The notes: generated by a model not told the origin, from the sequence alone. A stretch of DNA of 64,000 nucleotides from Octopus sinensis (GCF_006345805.1 NC_043020.1:13640001-13704000), one strand, 5' to 3'; shown: positions 1 to 12,792, numbered from the stretch's first letter. Program-made: numbers and translations.

Positions 1-72
1 GGTTGGTGCTTTTTACGTGCCACCGGCACAGAAACCAGTCAAGGCAGTGCTGGCATCAGCCACGTTCGGATG
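1..72 (-). mobile_element. Fragment of RTE LINE 3' UTR (family C), runs off window start
   Basis: GTGCTTTTTACGTGCC subrepeat identical to the 3' UTR of the RTE copy at 410-1042. Confidence 0.6.
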
Positions 73-109
73 AATAATAATAATAATAATAATAATGAAG
101 GTATATTGT

Positions 110-338
110 TTGACCCTTTAGCATTCAAAGCAGCCATATCTGGCCTAAATATTCTACATGTTTTATATTTAGACTGGCTAGATCTGGCCTCTCACACCTA
201 TCCTACAATGTCATTCTAGAAATAAGCCATCACATTATAGAAATCTCTAAGCTGTGAGATGATGCATGATTGATTCAAAACAATGTAAAAAAATAGGCAT
301 TTCATGGACAGAGTGATCAGAACGCTAAAAAGGGTTAA
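110..338. mobile_element. piggyBac-type MITE (family P1)
   Basis: Ends TTGA-CCCTTTAGC ... AAGGG-TTAA; homologous to 5831-6059; TTAA plus CCCT/AGGG termini are the piggyBac signature. Confidence 0.7.
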
Positions 339-409
339 AACAAACCATGGACGTTAGCATCTCTCAGAACAGGGTTGTCTGAAGACAACATGTCAGAAAG
401 GAGGAATTC

Positions 410-1042
410 ATCATCATCATCGTTTAACGTCTGCTTTTCATGCTAGCATGGGTTGGACGGTTCAACTGGGGTCTCGGAAGCCCGAAGGCTGCACCAACCA
501 GTCTGATCTGGCAGAGTTTCTACAGCTGGATGCCGTTCCTAACGCCAACCACTCTGTGAGTGTAGTGGGTGCTTTTTACGTGCCTCCGACACAGGTGCCA
601 GACGAGGCTGGCAAACGGCCACGATCGGATGGTGTTTGTTACGTGCCACTGGCATGGAGGCCAGTCGATGCAGTGCTGGCTACGGCCACGTTCGGATGGC
701 TCTCTTACGTGCCACTGACACTGGTATCACAACTACAAATTCCATTGATGTTGATCAATTTTGAATTTGATTTTTGATTTTCACTTGCCTCAACAGGTCT
801 TCACAAGTAGAGTTTTGTGTCCCAAGAAGGAAGGTATGCACAGGTGGACTGACTACGTCCCAGGTAGAGGCCACGGGTTATGGCCTCACTTGTCCTGCCG
901 GGTCTTCTCACGCACAGCATACTTCCAAAGGTCTCGGTCTCTGGTCATTTCCTCAGTGAGACCTAAAGAGCGAAGGTTGTGCTTCACCACCTCATCCCAG
1001 GTTTTCCTGGGTCTACCTCTTCCACAGGTTCCCTCAACACAC
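410..1042 (-). mobile_element. 5'-truncated RTE-clade LINE: RT C-terminus, 3' UTR (family C) and (GAT)n tail
   Basis: Minus ORF ends ..GRGRPRKTWDEVVKHNLRSLGLTEEMTRDRDLWKYAVREKTRQDK* (RTE C-terminal motif); UTR has GGCACGTAAAAAGCACC subrepeats and ends GTTAAACGATGATGATG. Confidence 0.85.
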
Positions 1043-1508
1043 GAATACATGTGTTTATGCATGTGTGTATGTGTGTGTTTACACATGCACACAATGGGCT
1101 CCCTTACAGTTTCTGTTGTCTGGTTTGATTTCACAAAGGCATTTGGCCCAAACAAGACAACTTACGGTGCTCTGCAAGTGAAACGGAACTCAGAATCATT
1201 GACATTACAAAGTGAATACCACATTCACACACCCATACCTTCTAATATACATGTGTGTATGGGTATATACATTGACAAATTCATTTGTGTGTGTAGTGTA
1301 TATAGATGTATGTGAGTATATGTACATATGTAATTGCTATTTATATTATTTTCATTATTATTATTATTACTATTATTATCATTATTATTTTTATTATTAT
1401 CATCATCATCACTGTCATCATCATCATCACCATTATTATTATTATTATATTATTATTATCATCATCACTGTCATCATCATCACCATTATTATTATTATTT
1501 TTATTATT

Positions 1509-2066
1509 ATGAGTGAGAGAGCAGTTCATGCCATCAAAGTGACACTGGGGTAAAATATACGAAGCCCAATATACCCATCATGACTACCCGTCTGATAAAG
1601 GTACACCAGGCACATGCATCACAACCATATGTGCGCGACATGGTGATCTCATATCAAGATAAACAGCACATGACCTTGCAGGTGGGGCCCAGTTAGAATT
1701 TTCTTCAGGTTGAGTAGCCCATCCCGCTCAAACGGTCCCTGAATAAGGGTTGCTTAAGGATGTTGAAAGAACCACCCATGTTTCCAGAGGTGAACTATTC
1801 AAACCCCAAAGAATCCCTCTCAACACATGGCTATGATGCTCCCCCACTACTTCTGCTCGTGATCAGAGATGCACATATCGTCAGCCACTAAGGGACATGC
1901 TCAACTGGTTAAGGTCAAACAACTGACAAACAAATCTGTGGTATTGAGCAGAATATTTGCTGTAGCCCATATTTTTATACCAAGACAAAACAATGTACAT
2001 GATAACACTTCCAATCAGTTAAGATCAGAAGCCATGAGAGCCACTGCCTGGTACTGCATCAGGGCA
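1509..2066 (-). mobile_element. SINE-like retroposon family G, copy 1 (~555 bp)
   Basis: Near-identical to 2504-3059; minus strand starts GCCCTGATGCAGTACCAGG and ends CTCTCTCACTC-(ATA)n; same 5' end recurs near 44273. Confidence 0.7.
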
Positions 2067-2503
2067 TTATATTATTATTATTATTATCATCATCATCATC
2101 ACCATTATTATTATTATCATCACTGTCATCATCATCATCACCACCATTATTATTATTATTATTATTATTATATTATTATTATTATTATTGCTATTATCAT
2201 TATTATTATTATTGTTATTATTATTGTTATTATTATTATTATATTATCATTATTATTATTATTATTATTGCTATTATCATTATTATTATTATTGTTATAT
2301 TATTGTTATATTATTATTATTATTATTATATATTATTATTATTGCTATATCATTATTATTATTATTGTTATTATTATTGTTTATTATTATTATATTATTA
2401 TCATTATTATTATTATTATTATTGTATTATCATTATTATTATTATTATTATTATCATCATCACTGTCATCATCATCACCATTATTATTATTATTTTTATT
2501 ATT

Positions 2504-3059
2504 ATGAGTGAGAGAGCAGTTCATGCCATCAAAGTGACACTGGGGTAAAATATACGAAGCCCAATATACCCATCATGACTACCCGTCTGATAAAGGTACA
2601 CCAGGCACATGCATCACAACCATATGTGCGCGACATGGTGATCTCATATCAAGATAACAGCACATGACCTTGCAGGTGGGGCCCAGTTAGAATTTTCTTC
2701 AGGTTGAGTAGCCCATCCCGCTCAAACGGTCCCTGAATAAGGGTTGCTTAAGGATGTTGAAAGAACCACCCATGTTTCCAGAGGTGAACTATTCAAACCC
2801 CAAAGAATCCCTCTCAACACATGGCTATGATGCTCCCCCACTACTTCTGCTCGTGATCAGAGATGCACATATCATCAGCCACTAAGGGACATGCTCAACT
2901 GGTTAAGGTCAAACAACTGACAAACAAATCTGTGGTATTGAGCAGAATATTTGCTGTAGCCCATCTTTTATACCAAGACAAAACAATGTACATGATAACA
3001 CTTCCAATCAGTTAAGATCAGAAGCCATGAGAGCCACTGCCTGGTACTGCATCAGGGCA
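2504..3059 (-). mobile_element. SINE-like retroposon family G, copy 2
   Basis: Differs from copy 1 at only a few positions. Confidence 0.7.
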
Positions 3060-4239
3060 TTATTATTATTATTATTATTATCATCATCATCATCACCACC
3101 ATTATTATTATTATCATCACTGTCATCATCATCATCACCACCATTATTATTATTATTATTATTATCATTATTATTATTATTATTATTGCTATTATCATTA
3201 TTATTATTATTGTATTATTATTGTTATTATTATTATTATTATTATCATTATTATTATTATTATTATTATTATATTATTATTATTATGTTATTATTATTAT
3301 CATTATTATTATTATTATTATATTATTTTATTATTATTATTGCTATTATCATTATTATTATTATTGTATATTATTATTATTATTTCATCATCATCATCAT
3401 CACCATTATTATTATTATCACACTGTCATCATCATCATCACCACCATTATTATTATTATTATTATTATTGTATTATTATTATATATTATTGCTATTATCA
3501 TTATTATATTATTATTGTTATTATTATTATTATTGTATATTATTATTATTATCATTATTATTATATATTATTGCTATTATCATTATTATTATTATTGTTA
3601 TTATTATTGTTATTATTATTATTATTATTATCATTATTATTATTATTATTATTGCTATTATCATTATTATTATTATTGTTATTATTATTATTATTATGAA
3701 AACAGGAGATATAGAATGAAAGTTTGGTTAAAATTACACTTTAAACGAACCACTTTTAATGGTCGTCTTCAGAACTGAAATGTTGAGCGGTTTCCTGTTA
3801 TTTTAGATCTGTGTTCTTCTCTAATGTTACATGGATTTCACTGAATAGTAAATAGTTTAAAGACATAAAGAGTAGAGGGATAAATTGGACTGCTGCTGCT
3901 GCTGCCACTGCTGCTGCTGCTGCCACTGCTGTGCTGCCACTGCTGCTACTTCTGCTGTTGTTGTTGATTTTGACGTTGCACATCCACAATCACTGCTAGC
4001 AGAATGGATGCTAATGGAATAATAAACTCGTAGACTCTGAGTATTTATGGCTTTGTTTACCTCACCATTCCTTTTATATTTATTACTCCATTACATCAAA
4101 CTAAGAAACTGCTTCTTTATAAAGCCATGCCAACCTGCTAGTAATAGCAACCACATCTTCCCGTTAATTCACACCTTTCTTTCCAAAGATAGCAAAGAAA
4201 GGTACACTATATAATGTAGACTACATTATATTATATTTA

Positions 4240-4470
4240 GGCGGCGAGCTGGCAGAAGCGTTAGCGTGCCGGGCGAAATGCTTAGCCGTATTTCGTCTGT
4301 CGTTACGTTCTGAGTTCAAATTCCGCCGAGGTCGACTTTGCCTTTCATCCTTTCGGGGTCAATAAATAAAGTACCAGCTTCGCACTGGGGTCGATATAAT
4401 TGACTTAATCCCTTTGTCTGTCCTTGTTTGTCTCCTCTATGTTTAGCTCCCTGTGGGCAATAAAGAAATA
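4240..4470 (+). mobile_element. SINE family A (~230 bp)
   Basis: Head GGCGGCGAGCTGGCAGAA (A-box-like) and GAGTTCAAATTCC (B-box-like); tail GTGGGCAATAAAGAAATA; >10 copies in window. Confidence 0.9.
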
Positions 4471-4635
4471 TATATATAATGTAGTCTCACCTGGATTGTG
4501 GTTGATAAAAAAAAAGATATGATGGTCAAAATTGGAATATCTCTGATCCTAGGTCAGCTGGTTTAGGACTGACCTAGGGCTAAAAAACATCGACAGTAAC
4601 ATGAGGAGTGTTGATTGATTCCCTGAACCAATATA

Positions 4636-4866
4636 TATTTCTTTACTACCCACAAGGGGCTAAACACAGAAGGGACAAACAAGGACAGACAAACAGATTA
4701 AGTCGATTATATCGACCCCAGTGCATAACTGGTACTTAATTTATCGAACCCGAAAGGATGAAAGGCAAAGTCCACCTCGGCGGAATTTGAACCCAGAACG
4801 TAATGGCAGACGAAACACGGCTTCGCATTTCGCCCGGCATGCTAACGTTTCTGCCAGTTCGCCGCC
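4636..4866 (-). mobile_element. SINE family A, inverted partner of 4240-4470
   Basis: Reverse complement of the full family A consensus. Confidence 0.9.
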
Positions 4867-4946
4867 TATATAGTGTCGGTTGATGGCAGGATGGTGTCAG
4901 ACTGTATATCCTGTGTTATATGGTCAATATAACAGACAGACAGAAA

Positions 4947-5070
4947 TGGTTCTGATGAAAGTAGCATCAATTTGCTTAAGTCATTCAATTTTTCTCAATT
5001 TATCAGTAGACAATTGAATAAATTTATCAGTAATGTAGCTATAATGACTACTGGAAACAGCTGTAAGCCA
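4947..5070 (+). ncRNA. Type I hammerhead ribozyme motif, near-intact, PLE-type
   Basis: Stem I UGGUU/AGCCA; CUGAUGA 4952-58; stem II AGUAG/CUACU with a long insert; GAAA 5054-57; palindromic stem III ACAGCUGU; GUA cleavage triplet. Confidence 0.7.
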
Positions 5071-5830
5071 CTGTTGCTCCAATAAAGGAAAAATATGCAA
5101 TGGCCATCATTTTTCACTTGTTTATATATATGTGTATAGATAGATAGATAATGATAACTGATGAATTGTGGTTCACTACAGCTGTTCAGACATGTTTTTA
5201 TTAACAAGCAGAAATGTTACATCATGCAAACACCCCACCCCATTTTCATCAAGTGAATACAGGTAAGAATTAACTATTAGACCTTCTCAAGAAAAAGAAT
5301 GTAGTGTCAGATGAGTCAACTGGCCAGCCCAGGGATATATATGTGTATAGATACTGATGTGTATAACAAAGTATATACAAACATGGTGCAGTTTCTAGCT
5401 GTACTATTTTATCTCAGAGAAACTTCTTGTAACAGGATTTGTGTTGAAAATGCTACTTCATCAGGAAGAATAACCTCAGCAGATCATCAGACACTGATGT
5501 TTTGGCTTGAATTAAGCTCCTCAGTGACTAACACATGTAATCATGCTAAGCTTAATTGGAACTTTAGTTCCAATTACACAAATCAAGAAACAAAACATTT
5601 ACTTATTGTGCAGAAGCTGGCCAGGTATAAGTTGAATTAATATACACACTTGAAACGGAATTGAATTCAAATAATGATTCATAACATCTATACAAACACA
5701 GAATAACATATGTGTTAAATAAGTTATATCTGAAAGATATATAAATGGTATGATAATGAGTTGGAAACCTTTGATCTTAGATCTTTTGGATCAGGGCCAA
5801 ACAACAGCAGTGGGTACTGGTACCACTGCC

Positions 5831-6059
5831 TTAACCCTTTAGCATTTAAACCGGAAATATCCGGCCAAAAATATTCTGCCTGTTTTATGTTCAAACTGGC
5901 CAGATCTGGTCTCTCACACCAACCCTACAATATCGTTTTAAAAATTAACAGCTACTTCATCAAAATCTCATAGCTACAAGATAATGCATGATTAGTTCAA
6001 AACAATGTGGATAAAAAAGGATTAATTTTGGTAGAATAATGCGAACACTAAAGGGTTAA
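5831..6059. mobile_element. piggyBac-type MITE (family P1)
   Basis: TTAA-CCCTTTAG ... CTAAAGGG-TTAA. Confidence 0.8.
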
Positions 6060-6411
6060 ATAGCAATGTCACCAACATTACTGCTACTGCCATTTATCCC
6101 TGATCCAGAAAACTGATGAGAAGTGATGTCCAAGTTATTATACATTGTTTTGAGGTTTTTTGGGTTTTTCTTTTTTTTTGAAGAGAAGGGTCTGGGCATA
6201 ATGGATCTAGGTACTCATTAACAAACGTGTACTTCATTTTCTTTAGACAGATGGTTGGTGATCTGAAGAAGATTTGGTTGCTATTAACAGGTCTATGCAT
6301 GTAGATAATGTTCTTTAATGCAAAATCAACCCTGTCCAGTGAATCTATGATCAAAGACATTCCAGCTGTGACCATTCTATTTGTTTTTAAACTTAATGCA
6401 TCTAGGACTAA

Positions 6412-6799
6412 GTCTTTTATCCTTTGCTTGTTCCAGTCATTTGACTGTGGCCATGCTGGGGCATTATCTTGAAAAATGTTTTGTTGAATGAATCAACTGC
6501 AGTACTTATTCTATCAGTCTCTTTTGCCAAACTGCTAAGTTATGGGATCATAGACACACCAACGTCAGTTATCAAATGGTGGTGGAGGACAAAGACACAC
6601 ACACACATGCACACACACACACGCACACACACACACACACACACACTCTGGCTTCTTTTAGTATCCATCTACCAAATCCACTCACAAGGCTTTGCTCAGC
6701 CCAAGAATATAGAAGATACTTGCCTAAAGTACCACACAATGGGTCTGAACCCAGAACCCTGTGATTGCAAAGCAAACTTCTTACCACTCAACCACACCT
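6412..6799 (-). mobile_element. Diverged SINE family B
   Basis: Degenerate match to both halves of family B, with central (CA)n. Confidence 0.7.
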
Positions 6800-7624
6800 T
6801 GAAATCTCTTCCTAATTATTCTAGTGATGGCTGGGTGCAAGCTGTGGGTCTTTGATTGCTGCTATTTCTAACATTTGAATAGCCCTGGAGAAGCTATTTC
6901 ACCTTCTGTGTCTCTTTAAGAAGTGAGTCAGCTACCTCCTGGAATGAAAACCAAGTGATGGGGTTCGCTAATTGGAAACATTAATTGGAAGAATTTACCA
7001 TTTTCCATTTATCTTGGAAGTAAACTTCTACTGACTCATTAGTTTTAGTTCATTAGTTTCAGTTCGTTAAATATTGTTTACAGAATAATTATAGACAATT
7101 TCACTTCTAAGTCTAAAAACCAAATCAAATAGCTGCTTGTTACATTTCTGGCTTTCATTATATTTTCTGCACTCATTGACTTGAATGTAATTATAATTAT
7201 ATCACTATTGCACTAATTAAGTAAACTTAGAATCAAAGCTGTTCCAAACATGACTACCTCTATCTATTTTTTGTTTGTTTTTGGTTTTTATCATAGGTCT
7301 GGACTACATTAACTTCTTGCTTTTATTTTTAAATGCTCCACTACCATCATCAGAGGAAAAAGGGTAATGCCTATGGCCTTTTTCAGAGCCTTTGATTGTT
7401 GTGGCAGGATGTTATCCTCAAAAAAATAGACCTGGCCCCAAATGTCTTCCCCAGAATGACCTCCATTAAAACCAACCCACAATCGGATGGGAAGTCTGCC
7501 AAGGCTAGTCCCAAGTCCAGATGAGAAAGGAGGATGGTGCTAGGTATACAGTCGGCAGTCCTGCATAATCAGTTTTCTACATTGCTACTGAAACGATGGT
7601 GCTGGCTGCTGCTGCATTGTGTCC

Positions 7625-7870
7625 TTCCGCAAGACACTTCATTTCACATTGTTCCAGCCCATTCAACTGACAAGTGTGAGTAGTACCCGTAAGTCAAAGG
7701 GCTGGCCTTGTCACATCTTGCGTCGACAGTGAATCTCCCTGAGAACTAACTACGTTATGGGTACACGTGTCTGTGGAGTACTCAGCCACTTGCACATTAA
7801 TTTCATGAGCAGGCTGTTCCGTCGATCGGATCAACTGGAACCCTTCTCATCATAATTGATGGAGTGCCAA
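7625..7870 (+). mobile_element. Chimeric SINE: E-type CORE segment plus D-type 3' tail
   Basis: GCAAGACACTTCATTTCACATTG followed by GGTACACGTGTCTGTGGAG...GGAGTGCCA. Confidence 0.6.
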
Positions 7871-7913
7871 TACTATCACCATTATCATCACTACTACCAC
7901 CACCCTTGCTACC

Positions 7914-7945
<32 letters not shown>

Positions 7946-7960
7946 TAATATCCCCAGTTT

Positions 7961-8702
7961 ACTCTCTCTTTACTCTTTTACTTGTTTCAGTCATTTGACT
8001 GCGGCCATGCTGGAGCACCGCCTTTTAGTCGAGCAAATCAACCCCAGGACTTATTGTTTGTAAGCCTAGTACTTATTCTATCGGTCTCTTTTGCCGAACC
8101 ACTAAGTTACAGGGATGTAAACACACACCAGCATCGGTTGTTAAGCGATGTTGGGGGGACAAACACAGATACACAAACACACATATTCTTTCTTCTTTCT
8201 TTCCTTCTGTTTTCCATTGACACTTCTTTCGGATACAAAGGCACACACACACACACATGCACTCTCTCACTTTCTACCCATTCCTCACCCACTTTTACTA
8301 TCCTATATCTCTCTCCACTGCTACACACTCAATAATACTATGAAAAGAGACGAATCTCCTCAAAAAATTCAAATCTGAAGAATCCACTAGAGTGGATGCA
8401 AGCGCTAATATATGATTTATAAAAACATGTGACATACTAATAAAAATCTGTAGATATAAAACCATCCAGATTATTTCTTCTGATATATAATACCTGTACA
8501 TCACCTCCAAACCTTCTAATATACATATACATATATATGACGGGCTTCTTTCAGTTTCCATCTACCAAATCCACTCACAAGGCTTTGGTCGGCCTGAGGC
8601 TATAGTAGAAGATACTTTGCCTAATTTGCCATGCAGTGGGACTGAACTCAGAACCATGTGGTTGGTAAGCAAGCTACTTACCACACAGCCACTCCTGCAC
8701 CT
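7961..8702 (-). mobile_element. SINE family B interrupted by ~340-bp insert (8184-8525)
   Basis: Right half 7961-8183, left half and head 8526-8702; the insert carries an HHR remnant at 8374-8409. Confidence 0.8.
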
Positions 8703-9429
8703 AGTAGTACTGCTAGTTTCTGCTTCAACTCTCCCAGACAATTTTTGGTTGTAGTTCCTCCATTCAGAAATTTCAACTGTTAAAAATCTCCTCCGTCAAT
8801 TATATTGTCAAAACTGTCAACATTGGAAACCACACTGTGGTGGTGGTCGTGTTGCTGTTGCTGTTGTTGTTGTTGTTGTTGTAGTAACATTACTACTGCA
8901 ATTAAAATAGTTGTTGTCAGAAGTAACTAGAGTGCCCGGGAGAGAGAGAATCACGTTGCTCCATCTCTCTCTCTCTCTCTTTGCCCTCTCACATACCAGT
9001 TGTCACATCTGAGATATTCCACTTGGTCAAGGGTGAGGTGGGATAGGCGTAGGGTTGGAGGTGAACCATCAGGTTGTCTGTGTCTGCTCGGAGGGAGCTA
9101 AGCTGCGTAATATGTTAACCGAGTCATCTTCAGTTCTGATGGACAGCAACAACACCATCGGCGGTGGCAGCAGCAGTGGTGGTTGTGGTGGTGGTGGTGG
9201 TGTTGGTGGTGGTGGTGGTGGGGATTAGCCCTAGGTCAGTCAACTCTGATGCAACAAACCTATGATCAACTACCATTTCTACTACTACTACTGCTACTAC
9301 TACTACTACTACTGCTACTACTACTACTACTACTACTACACTGAATGTAAGACGACTTGGTAAGCAATGTACCCTGATTCTGCTAATTAGGTTACATGTC
9401 ACACACTATTTCATGTAGTTGTTGCGATA

Positions 9430-9720
9430 GTGTTGGTGGTGGTGGTGGTGGTGGTAGTAGGTAGTAGTAGTAGTAGTTGCAATCTTGGTGGTAGTAGTAA
9501 TAGTAGTAGTAGTAGCTGTGGTGGTGGTAGTTGTAGTAGTAGTGATGGTGGTGGTGGTGGTAGTTGCAGTAGTAGTAGCAATGGTGGTGGTGGTAGTAGT
9601 AGTAGTAGTAATAATGGTGATAGTTGTAGTGGTGGTGGTGGTGATAGTTGTAGTAGTAGCAGTCGTGGTGGTCGTGGTAACAGTAGTGGTAGCGGTAGTG
9701 GTGGTAGTATCAGCTGTGGT
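9430..9720. repeat. (GTA)n/(GGT)n compound microsatellite
   Basis: Direct reading; a related tract lies at 9165-9330. Confidence 0.9.
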
Positions 9721-10085
9721 CGATCTTCCTTCAGTTACAGCAATAAATATTCCTTTGTTCCAACAACTGAATTATTTCCCTTGCTAAAAACTCTTTTAAA
9801 TGATTGTACAAGTGGCTGAGTATTCCACAGACATGACGTGTCTGCCCTTTAATGGAGTTCTTTTCAGAGCAAACCAACATGACTTACAAAAAATACTTTG
9901 CAGGTGTGCACAAGGAGTATCATTAAAGGTGAACCATCACCTGTGCCCCCCCCCATCACCACCTCCATCCCACTACCCTGCTGGAAGCCTGCAACCCCCA
10001 CCATCACCATTATCATCCTCCTATCCTCTTTTCTGATATTTTACACATCATGTAAAAATGTCTTCCAAGGAAAATATGTCAACTC

Positions 10086-10495
10086 ACTCTCTTTTACTCT
10101 TTTACTTGTTTCAGTCATTTGACTGCGGCCATGCTGGAGCACCGCCTTTAATTGAGCAAATCGACCCCAGGACTTATTCTTTTGTAAACCCAGTACTTAT
10201 TCTATCGGTCTCTTTTGCCGAACCGCTAAGTAACGGGGACATAAACACACCAGCATCGGTTGTCAAGCAATGCTAGGGGGAAAAACACAGACACACAAAC
10301 CCACACACACCCACACACACACATATATATATATACATATATACGATAGGCTTCTTTCAGTTTCTGTCTACCAAATCCACTCACAAGGCTTTGGTCGGCC
10401 CGAGACTATAGTAGAAGACACTTGCCCAAGGTGTCACGCAGTGGGACTGAACCCGGAACCATGTGGTTGGTAAACAAGCTACTTACCACACAGCC
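10086..10495 (-). mobile_element. SINE family B (CORE-like, bipartite, ~410 bp)
   Basis: Head GGCTGTGTGGTAAGTAGC; CORE-like CACCTTGGGCAAGTGTC; central (TA/TG)n; tail GACTGAAACAAGTAAAAGAG. Confidence 0.9.
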
Positions 10496-11007
10496 TTGTT
10501 CCTGCCATGTCGATAGTGAAACTATTTCTTCAATGGAAAGGTCATGTTGCTGTAGCTGGGCCAGTGTTAAGTGAGAGAGAGAGAGAGAGAGGAAAAGTGT
10601 GTGTGTGTTTTTCATAAATGAAGTTTCATTTGTTTTTGATCAGAATCTTTTTTATTCCTCCAAATCAAACAGCAACAATTACCTTTATTACACAATTTCA
10701 GTGCTAATTAAATGAGAATAGGAGGGCATGAGGGTGGAGCAAGGGGGTAGGGCAACGTTGAGGGCAATTAAATCTTTGTCTTCATGACTGACTTTCCATT
10801 CTTACTTTGGTCAAATTGACATCCAAAAACGGTTGGCCTTACAGCAGCCCTGCCTCTCTAATTCTTCGTCTTCCTCTCATTTTCTAAACATCACAATTTA
10901 ATGAACAGGAAGTGTCTTAATGTAACGGAGGACAAAAACCTCAATTATTGCCATATTTCATGCTGACTGAACTATTTCCACAGAAAATGTGTTTTGCTCT
11001 TTCTTTC

Positions 11008-11055
<48 letters not shown>

Positions 11056-11092
11056 CTCCAATTGCAAAGACACAATTTTTCTTTACATCACT

Positions 11093-12232
11093 GCTGTCTG
11101 TATGACCAAGCTACGACTGTCTGTATAGCCAAGCAATGACTGTCTGTATGGCCAAGCTCCGACTGTCTATGGCCAAGCTATGACTGTCTGTATGGCCAAG
11201 CTACTACTGTCTGTATGGCCAAGCTACGACTGTCTACATGGCTAAGCTACAACTGTCTGTATGGCCAAGCTATGACTCTATAGCCAAGCCACGACTGTCT
11301 ACATGGCCAAGCTGACTGTCTGCATAACCAAGGTACAAAGACAATTTTTCTTTACATCACTGCTGCCTGTGTGACCAAGCTACAACTATCTGTATGGCCA
11401 AGCTACGACTGTCTACATGGCCAAGCAACAACTGTCTGTATGGCCAAGCTACAACTGTCTGTATGGCCAAGCTACGACTGTCTACATGGCCAAGCTACAA
11501 CTGTCTACATCACCAAGCTACAGCTGTCTACATGGCCAAGCTACAACTGTCTGTTTGGCCAAGTTGACTGTCTACATGGCCAAGCTACAACTGTCTACAT
11601 GGCCAAGCTATGACTCTCTACATGGCCAAGCTACAACTGTCTACATGGTCTAGCTACAACTGTCTACATGGCCAAGCTACGACTGTCTACATGGCCAAGC
11701 TATGACTGTCTACATGGCCAAGCTATGGCTGTCTACATGGCCAAGCAACAACTGTCTGTATGGCCAAGCTATGACTGTCTACATGGCCAAGCTACGACTG
11801 TCTACATCACCAAGCTACAACTGTCTACATGGCCAAGCTACAACTGTCTGTACGGCCAAGCTACGACTGTCTACATGACCAAGCTACGACTGTCTGTATG
11901 TCCAAGCTATGACTGTCTGTATGGCCAAGCTATGACTGTCTGTATGGCCAAGCTACGACTGTCTACATGGCCAAGCTATGACTGTCTACATGGCCAAGCT
12001 ACAACTGTCTACATGGCCAAGCTACAACTGTCTACATGGCCAAGCTACAACGGTCTACATGGCCAAGCTACGACTCTCTACATGGCCTAGCTACAACGGT
12101 CTACATGGCCAAGCTACGACTGTCTACATGGCCAAGCAACAACTGTCTGTTTGGCCAAGCTACGACTGTCTACATAACCAAGCTATGACTCTCTACATCG
12201 CCTAGCTACAACTGTCTACATGGCCAAGCTAT
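11093..12232. repeat. 23-bp minisatellite (GCCAAGCTACGACTGTCTACATG), ~49 units
   Basis: Head-to-tail units without spacers; leading flank repeated at ~11065 and ~11336. Confidence 0.9.
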
Positions 12233-12464
12233 GACATTCAGTTGCTATCCATATCCAGTTGTTATCCATCTTCCTGTCTTCAACTCTAACCAATTGTTGT
12301 CATTTATTAACAAAGATTTGCTCACCAACACACTGCGACCACTGCACCATAGGTACGCTGTGTCTTCTCCTCACCTCTCCTACAGTTTCTGCTCTTCTCA
12401 ACTATCAGGTTGTACTCCACCTCCTCTCTGGCTATTGCTGAAACTGAAGGAAGATCCACCACTG

Positions 12465-12792
12465 CTGCTACTACTACCACCACCACCACCACCATCACTA
12501 CCGCCACCACCATTGCTACTACTGCTACTATCATCACCACCACCACCACTACAACTATCACCACCACCACCACCACCACTACTACTACTATACTACTACT
12601 ACTACTACTACCACCACCACCACTACTACTACCATTGCTACTACTACTACAACTACCACCACCACTACTACTACAACTACCACCACCATCGCTACTACTA
12701 CTACTACCACCACCATTGCTACTACTACTACCATCACCACCACTGCTGCTATTACTGTTATAACTACCATCACCACCGCTACTACTACTATG
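12465..12792. repeat. (CAC)n/(TAC)n compound microsatellite
   Basis: Direct reading. Confidence 0.9.

Larger units (their letters stand above)
1335..3700. repeat. (ATT)n/(CAT)n microsatellite mosaic holding two G elements; ~995-bp tandem duplication
   Basis: Triplet tracts 1335-1508, 2067-2503, 3060-3700; flanks around both G copies are duplicated. Confidence 0.9.

Noticed and set aside
5410-5470. C/D snoRNA-like TGATGA..CTGA on minus strand
   Set aside because: Only ~50 nt, antisense to the probable host gene, no terminal stem or recognisable guide
11093-12232. CRISPR-like regular repeat and MAKL-repeat ORFs
   Set aside because: Units are contiguous with no unique spacers, no cas genes, eukaryotic context
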